Positions 28,763-38,430 of a stretch of 47,395 bases of DNA are shown here, in pieces. Below the pieces are notes generated by a model, which worked only from the letters and a program-made list of their open reading frames with translations, did no database searches and had not been told where the DNA came from. Each line of letters opens with the position of its first letter. Position 1 is the stretch's first letter. Made by a program: the position numbers and the translations under genes. Source of the DNA: an uncultured Candidatus Saccharibacteria bacterium (GTDB taxonomy: Bacteria; Patescibacteriota; Minisyncoccia; Phycocordibacterales; UBA918); NCBI GenBank assembly GCA_964626635.1, contig CAZVFY010000006.1, forward strand, positions 1-47,395, in the 5' to 3' direction.

Positions 28763-31700
28763 ATGAGCGCAGCCAGTGACTATATCGCCAAGGTCTCGAC
28801 GCTGTATACGGCGGGCGATAGCACCGAGTACACGTATCGCAGTGCCTTCGAGCGATACCTCGAAACGATCTTTACTCACGCCGACGGCTTTACCGTCCGC
28901 CACGAGAAAAGTACTGGTGATAAGAATAAGCCGGACTTTATCATTCTGCGCGGTGACGTACCGGTGTTGTACCTCGAAGTCAAAAAACCCGGCGAAGACC
29001 TCGACACGATCGAGCGATCAGACCAAGCCGCGCGGTACTTTGGCTACACCAACCTGATCATCAGCGATTACATCGAATTCCGGTTCTATCGAAATGGTCA
29101 ACGCTACGACGAACCGATCAGCCTGGCGACTCTTGACCGCTCGCACTCCGCCTTGATTCCGTGCCTGGGACAAGAAGGCCACCTGGCTGACACCATGCGG
29201 GACTTCGTGAGGTCGCAACGCGAACCGATCACGCGCGGTCGCCACCTGGCCGAGATCATGGGTGGCAAGGCGCGCCGGGTGCGCGACAACGTTGTCGCGT
29301 ACCTCGAGAGCGAGAGCGACCGCAAAGACGAACTCGAACGGATGCGACGGTTTATGCGCGATCACCTAATCGCCGACTTCTCGACCGAGGATTTCGCCGA
29401 CATGTACGCGCAGACGCTGGTGTACGGGCTATTTGCGGCGCGGTACAACGACCCGACGCCGGACAGTTTCTCTCGGGCTGAGGCACGTGACCTGCTACCG
29501 GCGACCAACCCGTTCCTCAAGAGCTTTTTTGACCACATCACTGGTGCCAGTTTCCCGCGCCGACTCGAGATCATCGTCGACGAGTTGTGCGAAGTGTTCA
29601 CCCACGCCGACGTGCGGCAACTGATGGAGGAGTATTTCAAACAAGCCACCCTGGCAGGCGGCGAGGTAGAGTCGCCTGACCCGGTCATTCATTTTTACGA
29701 AGACTTCTTGCGAGAGTACGACCCGCAAAAGAAAGTGGACATGGGCGTGTTCTATACGCCGCTGCCGGTGGTGCGGTTTATCGTACGGGGGATAGATGAT
29801 CTGTTGCAGCGCGAGTTCAGGATCCACGACGGGCTGGCGGATACCGAGCAAATTGAACGCACGGTTGTGCACCAGAACGACAAAGGTAAGGACGTGAAAG
29901 AAACTGTGTCGATGCACCGCGTGCAATTACTCGACGTGGCGGTTGGGACGGGCACGTTCTTGAACGAGGCCGTCCGCCACATCCACAGCAAACGCGCGCA
30001 CAACCAAGGCAACTGGCCAGCGTACGTCAACGACAGTTTGCTGCCGCGGCTGCACGGGTTCGAGCTGATGATGGCGAGCTACACCATCGCCCACCTGAAA
30101 CTAGCACTGACGCTGCGCCAGACGGGCGCCGAAGAGTTCACACGGCGCCTCGGGGTGTACCTATCAAATACCCTCGACGCGCCGCAGGACGTGGCGTTGC
30201 AAGCTGACTTGTTCGGGGTGGTCAACAGTATCGCCGAAGAGTCGCGCCTAGCGAGTGAGGTTAAACGCGAGCGACCGATCATGGTGGTGCTGGGGAACCC
30301 GCCGTACAGCGGTATTTCTCAGAACAAGCATTACACCGACAACGACGCGTACAAAGTCGAACCAGGCGGCGGGCGACTGCAAGAGCGCAAACATTGGCTT
30401 GACGATGACTACGTCAAGTTCATTCGCTTTGCCGAAACCCTGGTGGCGCAAAATGGCGAGGGAGTCATCGGCATGATCACTGCGCACGGGTACCTCGATA
30501 ACCCGACGTTCCGCGGGATGCGCTGGCAACTGCGCCAGACGTTTGACGCGATCTACGTGCTAGATCTGCACGGTAACGCGAATAAAAAGGAGACGGCACC
30601 TGACGGCAGCGAAGACAAAAATGTGTTCGATATCAAAACGGGCGTGGCGATAATCTTCGGAGTAAAAAAGGCGACTGCGACGGACGCCGAGAAGGGTAAG
30701 GGACGCGGGCGGGCGGCGTCTACGACGCCGCCTCAAAAATCAGCGCGGGCGTCTACGCCGCCCGCCCGCGTCCATCGCGCCGACCTGTACGGTAAACGCG
30801 CCCATAAATTCAACGCGCTCGACACCGCCGCGACCCTCGCCGACATCGACTGGGTCGAACTGCCCGCGGACTGCGAAGCCTGGGTTGAAGAAGGCGCCGG
30901 CAAGGCCGCGTACCAGGAGGGATTTTCGGTCGCCGAGCTATTTCCACAGAACACGACCGGGATTGTCACCGCCCGCGACAGTGTCGTCATTGACGTTGAC
31001 CGTGAAGCGCTTGTAAGACGTATAACAACGTTCGCCGAGAGTGATCAGTCTGAATTAGAACTGCGGCAATTTTTGTTCCCTGGTAAGAAAGACGGTAAAT
31101 ATCCAGCCGGAGACACTCGCGGGTGGAAACTGATGGACGCCCGCCAGAAAATTCGTGACCTCGACCACCGCGAAATCATCAAGCCAATTTCGTACCGCCC
31201 GTTTGATACTCGCTATTGTTATTACCACCCAGACATGGTCGACTGGGGGCGGTGGGGATTAATGGAGCATTTCTTGGCAGGGGAGAATGTGGGGCTAGTG
31301 TTTCGGCGTCAGCAACCATCTGAAAATGATCTGTATGTATTTTGTTCAGACAGCATCATCTCCGATGGGTTCATTAGGTCAGATAACAAGGGTAGCGAAT
31401 CAGTTGCCCCTCTCTACCTCTGCGAAAACGGCGAGCGGATCGCCAACCTTGACTCTGACATCGTCGCGGCGATCGAGGGCGTCGTCGGTACGACGACGCC
31501 CGAGGATGTCCTCGACTATGTCTACGCGGTGCTGCATAGCCCGCGCTACCGCGCCACCTACGCCGAGTTCCTCAAGAGCAGTTTTCCAAGGGTGCCGTAT
31601 CCGGGCGGGGGTGGGGGCAAGGGAGGTGGCGGCGCGAGCGTAGCGAGCGCCGCCACTGATCAGGCAGACGAGGCTGACTTTACCGTTACGCGCGACCAGT

Positions 31701-32050
31701 TTTGGGGCTTGGTCGAGTGCGGCCGCCGCCTGCGCGGTCTACACCTGCTGACCGACCCGGCGGTCCGCCGTCCCGTTACCACGTTCCCAGTCGGCGGTGA
31801 CAACGTCGCCGACACGCCGCGCTATGATCACGCCACTAACCGCATCTATTTGAACCCCGACCAGTATTGGGAGGGTGTCCCCGAATCTGTCTGGAACTTT
31901 TATATCGGCGGCTACCAACCCGCCCAAAAGTACCTCAAAGACCGCAAGGGCCGCGCCCTGACCGCCGCCGAGTTTGAAAATTACGAACGCCTCCTCGTCT
32001 CCCTCCACAAAACTATGGAAGTGATGCAGCAAATAGATGAGACGTGGTAG
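28763..32050 (+). CDS. Single-polypeptide restriction-modification enzyme (Type ISP-like C-terminus, Type IIG-like architecture; N6-adenine MTase)
   Basis: N-terminal PD-(D/E)xK (KPDF...LEVK), FYEDFL.EYDP, GVFYTP, LDVAVGTGTF, GNPPY, YRPFD, IGGYQ...KYLKDRKG; no helicase motifs seen. Confidence 0.88.
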   Translation: MSAASDYIAKVSTLYTAGDSTEYTYRSAFERYLETIFTHADGFTVRHEKSTGDKNKPDFIILRGDVPVLYLEVKKPGEDLDTIERSDQAARYFGYTNLIISDYIEFRFYRNGQRYDEPISLATLDRSHSALIPCLGQEGHLADTMRDFVRSQREPITRGRHLAEIMGGKARRVRDNVVAYLESESDRKDELERMRRFMRDHLIADFSTEDFADMYAQTLVYGLFAARYNDPTPDSFSRAEARDLLPATNPFLKSFFDHITGASFPRRLEIIVDELCEVFTHADVRQLMEEYFKQATLAGGEVESPDPVIHFYEDFLREYDPQKKVDMGVFYTPLPVVRFIVRGIDDLLQREFRIHDGLADTEQIERTVVHQNDKGKDVKETVSMHRVQLLDVAVGTGTFLNEAVRHIHSKRAHNQGNWPAYVNDSLLPRLHGFELMMASYTIAHLKLALTLRQTGAEEFTRRLGVYLSNTLDAPQDVALQADLFGVVNSIAEESRLASEVKRERPIMVVLGNPPYSGISQNKHYTDNDAYKVEPGGGRLQERKHWLDDDYVKFIRFAETLVAQNGEGVIGMITAHGYLDNPTFRGMRWQLRQTFDAIYVLDLHGNANKKETAPDGSEDKNVFDIKTGVAIIFGVKKATATDAEKGKGRGRAASTTPPQKSARASTPPARVHRADLYGKRAHKFNALDTAATLADIDWVELPADCEAWVEEGAGKAAYQEGFSVAELFPQNTTGIVTARDSVVIDVDREALVRRITTFAESDQSELELRQFLFPGKKDGKYPAGDTRGWKLMDARQKIRDLDHREIIKPISYRPFDTRYCYYHPDMVDWGRWGLMEHFLAGENVGLVFRRQQPSENDLYVFCSDSIISDGFIRSDNKGSESVAPLYLCENGERIANLDSDIVAAIEGVVGTTTPEDVLDYVYAVLHSPRYRATYAEFLKSSFPRVPYPGGGGGKGGGGASVASAATDQADEADFTVTRDQFWGLVECGRRLRGLHLLTDPAVRRPVTTFPVGGDNVADTPRYDHATNRIYLNPDQYWEGVPESVWNFYIGGYQPAQKYLKDRKGRALTAAEFENYERLLVSLHKTMEVMQQIDETW
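30701..30773. repeat. In-frame palindromic insert inside the R-M gene
   Basis: Perfect 19-bp IR GGACGCGGGCGGGCGGCGT (30701-19) / ACGCCGCCCGCCCGCGTCC (30755-73). Confidence 0.8.
31626..31656. repeat. Second in-frame palindrome in the R-M gene
   Basis: GTGGCGGCGC-GAGCGTAGCGA-GCGCCGCCAC, preceded by a G-run tract. Confidence 0.65.
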
Positions 32051-32068
32051 CTACGGTATGATAATCAC

Positions 32069-32338
32069 ATGAAAAGAATCCTCTACATCCTCGCCTTTGG
32101 CTTACTCGGTCTACTATTCGCAACGCTGGTGCACAGCGTGGTCGAATTGATCGCACTTGAACTAATATTTAGTGACGAGGTCAATGCGGATAGCTGGTGG
32201 TGGCGCGAGTGGGAGATGATCCACGCAATCGGCGCAGCCGGGCTGTGGGCGGGCGGACTCCTCGCCGGGCTGTTTGCTGGATGGCGCTGGTGGGACCAGT
32301 ACGGCAGTCGGCCGGGTGCGTTTGGGTGGCGGCGGTAA
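32069..32338 (+). CDS. Hypothetical membrane protein
   Basis: 89 aa, two TM helices, Trp-rich; TATGAT -10 six nt before ATG. Confidence 0.6.
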   Translation: MKRILYILAFGLLGLLFATLVHSVVELIALELIFSDEVNADSWWWREWEMIHAIGAAGLWAGGLLAGLFAGWRWWDQYGSRPGAFGWRR

Positions 32339-32411
32339 TGAGTTTTGATTGCGCATGGAGATAATTTTTTGTACGGTATAGACAGATGCACCCCGGTATG
32401 AGGAGGGCGAA

Positions 32412-32774
32412 ATGCAAATTCGCGTGCAATGTGAAGTCCTAAAGAATCAAGGTGGAGAAACGTATAATGTGCAGGTCAACGATTATTCTCAAGGAGTGCC
32501 CGAGCAGGAGCTCGGTGAGATTATTGCTCCGCATGTCAATCAAGTCGTTCAGCATTTTGGTTCCGAGCGCGCATCCGGCATAGTTAACATTATGTATGTC
32601 CCGCTCTACGGAATAGCAATAGACGCTCGGCGATTCGATATGTCGCGTATGCACGATAGTGAAAAGCGTAAAATAAAAGCGTTCATACAGGATTACGATG
32701 GGGTAGACATTTGTGTGCCAAACACCGAGCAGCCACTAGCATACCCATGTACGTTCACGTACCACTTCCTGTAA
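32412..32774 (+). CDS. Hypothetical protein
   Basis: GAGGAGG SD; 120 aa; hairpin follows (GGCCGCCCGTG/CACGGGCGGCC). Confidence 0.55.
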   Translation: MQIRVQCEVLKNQGGETYNVQVNDYSQGVPEQELGEIIAPHVNQVVQHFGSERASGIVNIMYVPLYGIAIDARRFDMSRMHDSEKRKIKAFIQDYDGVDICVPNTEQPLAYPCTFTYHFL

Positions 32775-32900
32775 TAACGAAATGGGCCGCCCGTGTCACG
32801 GGCGGCCTTACTATTGTTTATAATAAATTGTATCAAGTCTTGCGCCTACTCTGTAATTTCCAAAAGTTTGTTATCGTGCGTACAGCAAAATTATACGTCT

Positions 32901-33158
32901 ATGTCCAAATCCATTCTGCACCTTGACTTACACCCGATTGCCAAAAATGGGCGAGCGCTTGATGCGGCGCTACATAATCTGATGGACGAGGCCGAGCGCG
33001 CGGGTGCGAGAAAAGCCGAGATCATACCCGGCAAGGGGAGCGGGCAACTGATGAAGCGGATTAAAAAGTTCTTGGACCGGAAAGAAGTCAAGGAGAAATA
33101 CAAACGAGTGGAAATAGATAGTAAAAATCATGGACGATTATGGGTGCACTTTCGCTAG
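32901..33158 (+). CDS. Stand-alone Smr/MutS2 domain protein
   Basis: LDLH, IIPGKGSGQL, DSKNHG. Confidence 0.85.
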   Translation: MSKSILHLDLHPIAKNGRALDAALHNLMDEAERAGARKAEIIPGKGSGQLMKRIKKFLDRKEVKEKYKRVEIDSKNHGRLWVHFR

Positions 33159-33184
33159 CGATGCGTGCGTAGTAGGGTGTAACT

Positions 33185-34675
33185 ATGTCGAGAGATTTAC
33201 GTGCCATTTGGTGGGTCAAGCGGGATTTTCGACTATACGACAATGCCGCGCTTTGTCGTGCGTTGGCTGAGTGTCAGCGGGTGATGCCGGTGTATGTGTT
33301 TGAGCCGCTTGTGTTCGAGGGGCCGGATTGGGGGCAGCCACATGCACAGGCGATTCATGACGGTGTTACCAGTTTGCGCAAAAATTTGCAGCACCACGGG
33401 AGCGATCTGGTAGTGCGGCGCGGCCCGATCCTGACGATTTTCGACGAGTTGTATCGGGCCGCGCCGTTCACGCACCTCTACGCGCATGAAGAGACTGGGC
33501 TCGCACACACCTATGCCCGTGACAAAGCGGTGCAGCAGTGGTGTCGCGATCGTGGCGTTGCGTTTGTCGAAGTACCCACTAATGGCGTGATCCGCGGCCT
33601 CAAAGATCGCGATCATTGGCAGTCATTATTTGCGACGCACATGAATCTACCGCTCAGACCGATTCCCAAAGCAGAATTAAAGGCTCGTGCGGACGTCAGC
33701 GGTTTTGACGTGTTGCCCGGTCGGATACCGAGTCTTAAAACATTAGGTTACATATCCAATAATCAGCTACGCGCAGTGAGCGAGAAGCAGGCGCATGACA
33801 CGCTGCAGGATTTCTTGCGCGTGCGCGCGCATGCGTACAGCGGTGGTATCAGTAGTATGAACACAGCGCCGACTGCCTGTTCCCGGCTATCAGTACACTT
33901 GGCGTGGGGTACGATCAGTCTGGCAACGGTGCTGCGGGCGACTCGCGCAAAGGCGTCCGCAGTTACTCGACAGCCGGATGAATCAGCTGCGCGGGTCAAG
34001 AAAAGTTTGCGTAAATTTGAATCTAGACTGTACTGGCATAGCCATTTTGTGCAGAAGTTTGAGGACGAGGTAGAAATGGAGCAGCGCCCGGTCAACGCGG
34101 TGTTTGCGACCGGATTGCCGTATGTGACCGGCGCCGAGCATGACGCGCGCCTAGTGGCGTGGCGGACGGGACAGACGGGGTTCCCGGCGATTGACGCCGC
34201 GATGCGCTGTTACGCCGCCACTGGCTGGCTGACGTTTCGTTCGCGGGCGATGATCACTAGTTTTGCGACGCACGCGCTGCGCCTGCCATGGCAGACTATT
34301 GTGTACGAGTTAGCTCAACTGATGCATGATTACGTGCCTGGGATACACGTGGCGCAAGTCCAGATGCAGGCCGGCGTCACTGGTACGAACACTATCCGCG
34401 TCTATTCGCCGCAAAAACAGTTAGAAGATCAAGACCCGGATTGTGTATTTGTCAAAACGTGGGTACCAGAACTGGCCGGTGTTTCGGCCGCTGCTATTCG
34501 GCAACACCACACAGAACCGGTTGCAGGTTACTGCGCGCCAATCATAGATTTTGCTGCTGAAACGAAGATTATGAAAGACGCACTTTACGCCAAAAAGAAA
34601 TCATCAAGCGGCAGACATCATGCCAAGCGTGTCTACCAAAAACACGGTTCGCGCCGCCACACTTTCAAAAAATAA
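33185..34675 (+). CDS. DNA photolyase/cryptochrome family protein (full length)
   Basis: WVKRDFRLYDN.AL, CSRLSVHLAWG, RLYWHSHFVQK, WRTGQTGFPAIDAAMR, FRSRAM, DYVPGIH, IRVYSP. Confidence 0.9.
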   Translation: MSRDLRAIWWVKRDFRLYDNAALCRALAECQRVMPVYVFEPLVFEGPDWGQPHAQAIHDGVTSLRKNLQHHGSDLVVRRGPILTIFDELYRAAPFTHLYAHEETGLAHTYARDKAVQQWCRDRGVAFVEVPTNGVIRGLKDRDHWQSLFATHMNLPLRPIPKAELKARADVSGFDVLPGRIPSLKTLGYISNNQLRAVSEKQAHDTLQDFLRVRAHAYSGGISSMNTAPTACSRLSVHLAWGTISLATVLRATRAKASAVTRQPDESAARVKKSLRKFESRLYWHSHFVQKFEDEVEMEQRPVNAVFATGLPYVTGAEHDARLVAWRTGQTGFPAIDAAMRCYAATGWLTFRSRAMITSFATHALRLPWQTIVYELAQLMHDYVPGIHVAQVQMQAGVTGTNTIRVYSPQKQLEDQDPDCVFVKTWVPELAGVSAAAIRQHHTEPVAGYCAPIIDFAAETKIMKDALYAKKKSSSGRHHAKRVYQKHGSRRHTFKK

Positions 34676-34714
34676 CTGACCCACTCTTTTGCCGGGGCAA
34701 AAAGAGTGGGTCAG
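34676..34714. terminator. Hairpin between convergent genes
   Basis: CTGACCCACTCTTTTTG...CAAAAAGAGTGGGTCAG. Confidence 0.65.
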
Positions 34715-34745
34715 TGAAAGTGATTGCTTAATTAACGCTGTAAAT

Positions 34746-35582
34746 TTAGCGCTCGTCACCATCGTACTGGTGCTGCAATTCGTAGGGATAGTCGGGAGTA
34801 GTAGATAGCTTGCTAGATGCCTGATCACCGTTGCCACCAGGCCCGCCGGCCGCACCACCATCAACTACCAGGGTGTGGCCGTTGATGTAGCTGGAGTAGG
34901 GCGAGCACAAAAACGCAATGGCGTGCGCGATCTCATAAGGCGTACCGCGACGGCCCATCGGTACCATACTGGACACAGAGTCTTCTTTGCCTTCGGTCAT
35001 CTGGGTCGCGATCGGACCGGGGGCGATAGAGTTACAACGCACGCCGTTCGGGGCTTGCTCGGTCGAGAGTGTGCTGGTAAAGGCATGGATGTACGCCTTG
35101 GTGCCGGCGTACGGGGCTTGCATCGGTTGTCCGGCAATCCCCGAGATCGAGCCGATGTTGATCAGTTGTCCACCAGCTTCGTTGCGCGCCAGGTGGGTGA
35201 GGCAAGCCTTAGACATGTGAAAGAGGCTGTACACGTTGTCATGCAGCATCGCCTCAAAGTCCTCGGTCGCAAAATCCACCAGCATCGACGCCCCTTGCAT
35301 CGAACTAGCGTTATTAACCACCACGTCCAGTACGCCGTACGCGTCGTGATGGGCGGCCGCGACTGCCATGGCTGACTCGGCGTCATGCAGCGTAGTGGCG
35401 ACGGTGACAACGTCTTGGTCAAATTGATTTTTAATGAACCCAGCGACATTGTCTAGTCGTTCGCTATCGCGATCCACGAGGGTAAGTTTGGCGCCTGCCT
35501 CGGCTAGGATGTAGGCAGTGGCTTCACCAATGCCCGCGGCGGCACCGGTCAGGATGATGTGTTTGTTTTGTAAATTGAACAT
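34746..35582 (-). CDS. SDR family oxidoreductase
   Basis: [26 protein letters not shown]. Confidence 0.9.
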   Translation of the reverse strand: MFNLQNKHIILTGAAAGIGEATAYILAEAGAKLTLVDRDSERLDNVAGFIKNQFDQDVVTVATTLHDAESAMAVAAAHHDAYGVLDVVVNNASSMQGASMLVDFATEDFEAMLHDNVYSLFHMSKACLTHLARNEAGGQLINIGSISGIAGQPMQAPYAGTKAYIHAFTSTLSTEQAPNGVRCNSIAPGPIATQMTEGKEDSVSSMVPMGRRGTPYEIAHAIAFLCSPYSSYINGHTLVVDGGAAGGPGGNGDQASSKLSTTPDYPYELQHQYDGDER

Positions 35583-35646
35583 ATAATGTTGAGTAGGTAA
35601 GGTAAGTCGCCGATCACGTGCGTGATCGACGACTTGCGTAAGGGTA

Positions 35647-36168
35647 TTAATCTAAGAGTTGGGTTACCAAGAACACGGTGCGTTCTACGTTTACTACGTT
35701 GGATTCATCAGGTTCTAAAGTTTGCCCAGATAAGTCATCGGTATACCGCCCTGAGACTGAGATCGGTTGACCCTGATTTAGATCAATCTCGACTTCTGAT
35801 TCACCCAGGTCATAGGCGTCGTCAAGATACATCAACACGTTGCCACGGTCTGGAGTGTCAACTCGGAAAAGACGGTCCGACACGACTTCGGTAATGGTTC
35901 CGCCACGAATTTCAATTGGATTATTACCAGTTGGTTGGGTGTCGGTGTCTTCGGTGACATCAAGGGCGACAATGGTATCGTTATCGCCCACATTATCTTG
36001 AACGAACTGATCGGCTTGATCAACGATGTCTACGTTAAGGTCTTGGACCTCGTCGGTATCATCGGCGAATAGTTCGACCAAGAAGAATATTAGTGCGAGT
36101 AGGACGAGTAGCCCAATCAGCCACCCGAGCCATGAATTTGAATCTTGCTTTACTGGTTCACTTGCCAT
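35647..36168 (-). CDS. Acidic membrane-anchored hypothetical protein
   Basis: [18 protein letters not shown] then an Asp-rich beta region. Confidence 0.6.
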   Translation of the reverse strand: MASEPVKQDSNSWLGWLIGLLVLLALIFFLVELFADDTDEVQDLNVDIVDQADQFVQDNVGDNDTIVALDVTEDTDTQPTGNNPIEIRGGTITEVVSDRLFRVDTPDRGNVLMYLDDAYDLGESEVEIDLNQGQPISVSGRYTDDLSGQTLEPDESNVVNVERTVFLVTQLLD

Positions 36169-36206
36169 AAATATTTTGATTAGAGAATAATGTGCTGCAG
36201 AGAGAA

Positions 36207-36977
36207 TTAGCGATTACGGTCAGTTTCTTCCACTTCTATATGTTCTTTTTTGACGGTGTCATGTACATGCGCCTCGTCAGTTTCGACAGACTTTTCTAAG
36301 GTGACGTGTTCTTTGGCCACCGTTTCTTTTTGCACGACCGGTACTTCTTCGCGCACAGTCACCTCGGCAATCGTCTCTTCGCTGTCGATTTCACTACCGG
36401 TAGTGCCATCTGTCACCGGAGTGCGAATGACGCGTACGTGTTCCTTACGCACCGGTACGGTCAGATCAACTGACTCAGTCGTGACGAATTTGTGCAACCG
36501 AACCGTGCCGGACTCGACGCTACGCGTGCCCACCGATACTTCTTCTTCGGACCGGGTGACGCCGTGCTCGTTTATTTTGTCGTGGGTATGATCGTGGTCG
36601 TGTCCGTCAGTATGGGCGGTACCATGGTGATCATCCGAGTGTGCGACAGTGTCGTACGTGAGTCCGTAGTATTCGTACAATGCTCGCTCGTCGGCATCGG
36701 ACAGAATTTGCCCTTCGTCGAAATGCGGTGCATCTTTTACGAATGATCGTTCGTAGCCGGTGTACACGTAGTCGTTGTTACCTTCGTGTACGTAGGCAGA
36801 CTCAATTGGCACGTACGTGTGTTTGGTGCCAAAGAAGCCGGTGGTGGTTTCGATCCAAGTGGGTTGTTTGGTTTGGGTGTCGACGTACAGATTATCGATC
36901 GTACCAATTTTTGTATCAGTGGTATCGTACAAATCTGCGCCAATCCATTTATCGTAGGTATCCATAACTAGTTGCAT
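36207..36977 (-). CDS. PRC-barrel + DUF2382 (YsnF/AvaK-like) protein
   Basis: KIGTIDNLYVD, TGFFGTK..VP, VKDAP, LYEYYG; RSEEEVSVG, GTVRLHKFV, VPVRKE, EEVPVVQKETV.KE. Confidence 0.85.
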   Translation of the reverse strand: MQLVMDTYDKWIGADLYDTTDTKIGTIDNLYVDTQTKQPTWIETTTGFFGTKHTYVPIESAYVHEGNNDYVYTGYERSFVKDAPHFDEGQILSDADERALYEYYGLTYDTVAHSDDHHGTAHTDGHDHDHTHDKINEHGVTRSEEEVSVGTRSVESGTVRLHKFVTTESVDLTVPVRKEHVRVIRTPVTDGTTGSEIDSEETIAEVTVREEVPVVQKETVAKEHVTLEKSVETDEAHVHDTVKKEHIEVEETDRNR

Positions 36978-37178
36978 GAGTTAGATGTGTAATATACCTA
37001 TTCAGTGTCAGTGATGGTATGTACATATTGTACATTTATTAATAATTGTTACAACCATTAGATACGGTATATTCGCATCACAGCAAGAGTGTAAAAAATT
37101 GTCAAATAATCTTGACACTATGTAGTCAATCCTGTCGGGAAGGAATTTGGTATAGTCAGGTATAGCTGTAGCTGCGCA

Positions 37179-37337
37179 ATGAACTCTAAAAGACTCAAAA
37201 GTCCTAAGGAAACAAAGGTTTGCAAACAGTGCCACCGTCCCTTCGAGAACCGCAAGGCGTGGCGATTGCGTGGACAGTGGGACAGTGTGCATTATTGTAG
37301 TCAGCGCTGCCGCAAAGCGGCGAAACCCTCGGGATAA
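37179..37337 (+). CDS. DUF2256 family small Cys4 protein (below the ORF-track cutoff)
   Basis: MNSKRLKSPKETKVCKQCHRPFENRKAWRLRGQWDSVHYCSQRCRKAAKPSG*. Confidence 0.8.
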   Translation: MNSKRLKSPKETKVCKQCHRPFENRKAWRLRGQWDSVHYCSQRCRKAAKPSG

Positions 37338-37383
37338 CGTGCTCGTTTGTAACTGGGAACTAGTGATATACTAGGTTTGAAGT

Positions 37384-38388
37384 ATGCCTAAAGAATCCGA
37401 CATCGAAGCCAAGTTAGCAAAGCTCGCCAAACTTGAACAACTGCTCGCCGAGCAGGGGATTGCGGTGGCGGATGAAGAAGTCGAGTCAGTAATCAAAGAC
37501 ATTGATGATGCTGATGTCGCTGATACTGCCGAGACAAACACCGCACCCACGCCAATTGAAACCACTACAGATAAGGCCGAACCAAAATCGACCCGTCGCA
37601 CCAAACGGGCCGCTGCGAAAACAACCGCCACACCTAAAAAGGCTGAGCGAACCACCACCAAGACAGCAAAAAAACCCGCTCCCAAAAAAGCCAAAACCAC
37701 CAAGCAGCCGAAGTCTGCTAAGGTAAATAAAAGCGAGCCAGAAATCAAATCTCCGTACGCGGCCCCTGTCGCTACGTCTACCACAGAGGCGCCAGTCACC
37801 ATAGCTGCCGCCAGCACAGAAACGAAAGGCAGGAAATCGCCTGGTACAGACTCGGCAACAGCTGGGACGCGAAAAGCGCCCACCAAATTTGGTTCATTAA
37901 AAGAGTCAACTCGCCGTCAAAAAGTTCAGGCGTTAGTAGTCGGTGGGCTACTAGTGGCAGGGATCGGGGCATCAGCTGCGGTAGGGGTGTCGGCTGATAC
38001 TGGGCAAATAGATGTGGCTGCAACCATTCGAGACCGTAACGAACGCATGTCAACAATGGTAGAAGTAGAGGGGCCAGTTACGACAGTGGCCGCGCCTCCG
38101 GTGGTGGCTGATGGTGGATTCGTGGCTGCAGCACCAGAGTTCCAAACAACACAATCACCGCCGGTCGCGATTCCATCAAATCAAGATGATAATACAGCTG
38201 CGTCTACTTCAGCTACTAGCAGTAATGATGCAATCGATAACCAGGTAGATGAATCCGGCGCAGAAACTGACATGATCACTGCAGCGCCCATTGCCACATC
38301 CAGTGCGTCGACGACCCAAGACAATTTATTTATGGAGCCTGCAGCAACGAGCTCTAGTACTGATTTAGTTGAAACCACTAATTATTAA
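37384..38388 (+). CDS. Low-complexity single-pass membrane protein (Lys/Ala/Thr-rich cytoplasmic part)
   Basis: Histone-H1-like KKPAPKKAK stretch, one TM, Ser/Thr/Asp-rich tail. Confidence 0.65.
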   Translation: MPKESDIEAKLAKLAKLEQLLAEQGIAVADEEVESVIKDIDDADVADTAETNTAPTPIETTTDKAEPKSTRRTKRAAAKTTATPKKAERTTTKTAKKPAPKKAKTTKQPKSAKVNKSEPEIKSPYAAPVATSTTEAPVTIAAASTETKGRKSPGTDSATAGTRKAPTKFGSLKESTRRQKVQALVVGGLLVAGIGASAAVGVSADTGQIDVAATIRDRNERMSTMVEVEGPVTTVAAPPVVADGGFVAAAPEFQTTQSPPVAIPSNQDDNTAASTSATSSNDAIDNQVDESGAETDMITAAPIATSSASTTQDNLFMEPAATSSSTDLVETTNY

Positions 38389-38430
38389 TAGTTTGGGCGG
38401 GATGATTCGCATCAGTCACCGACATACAGT

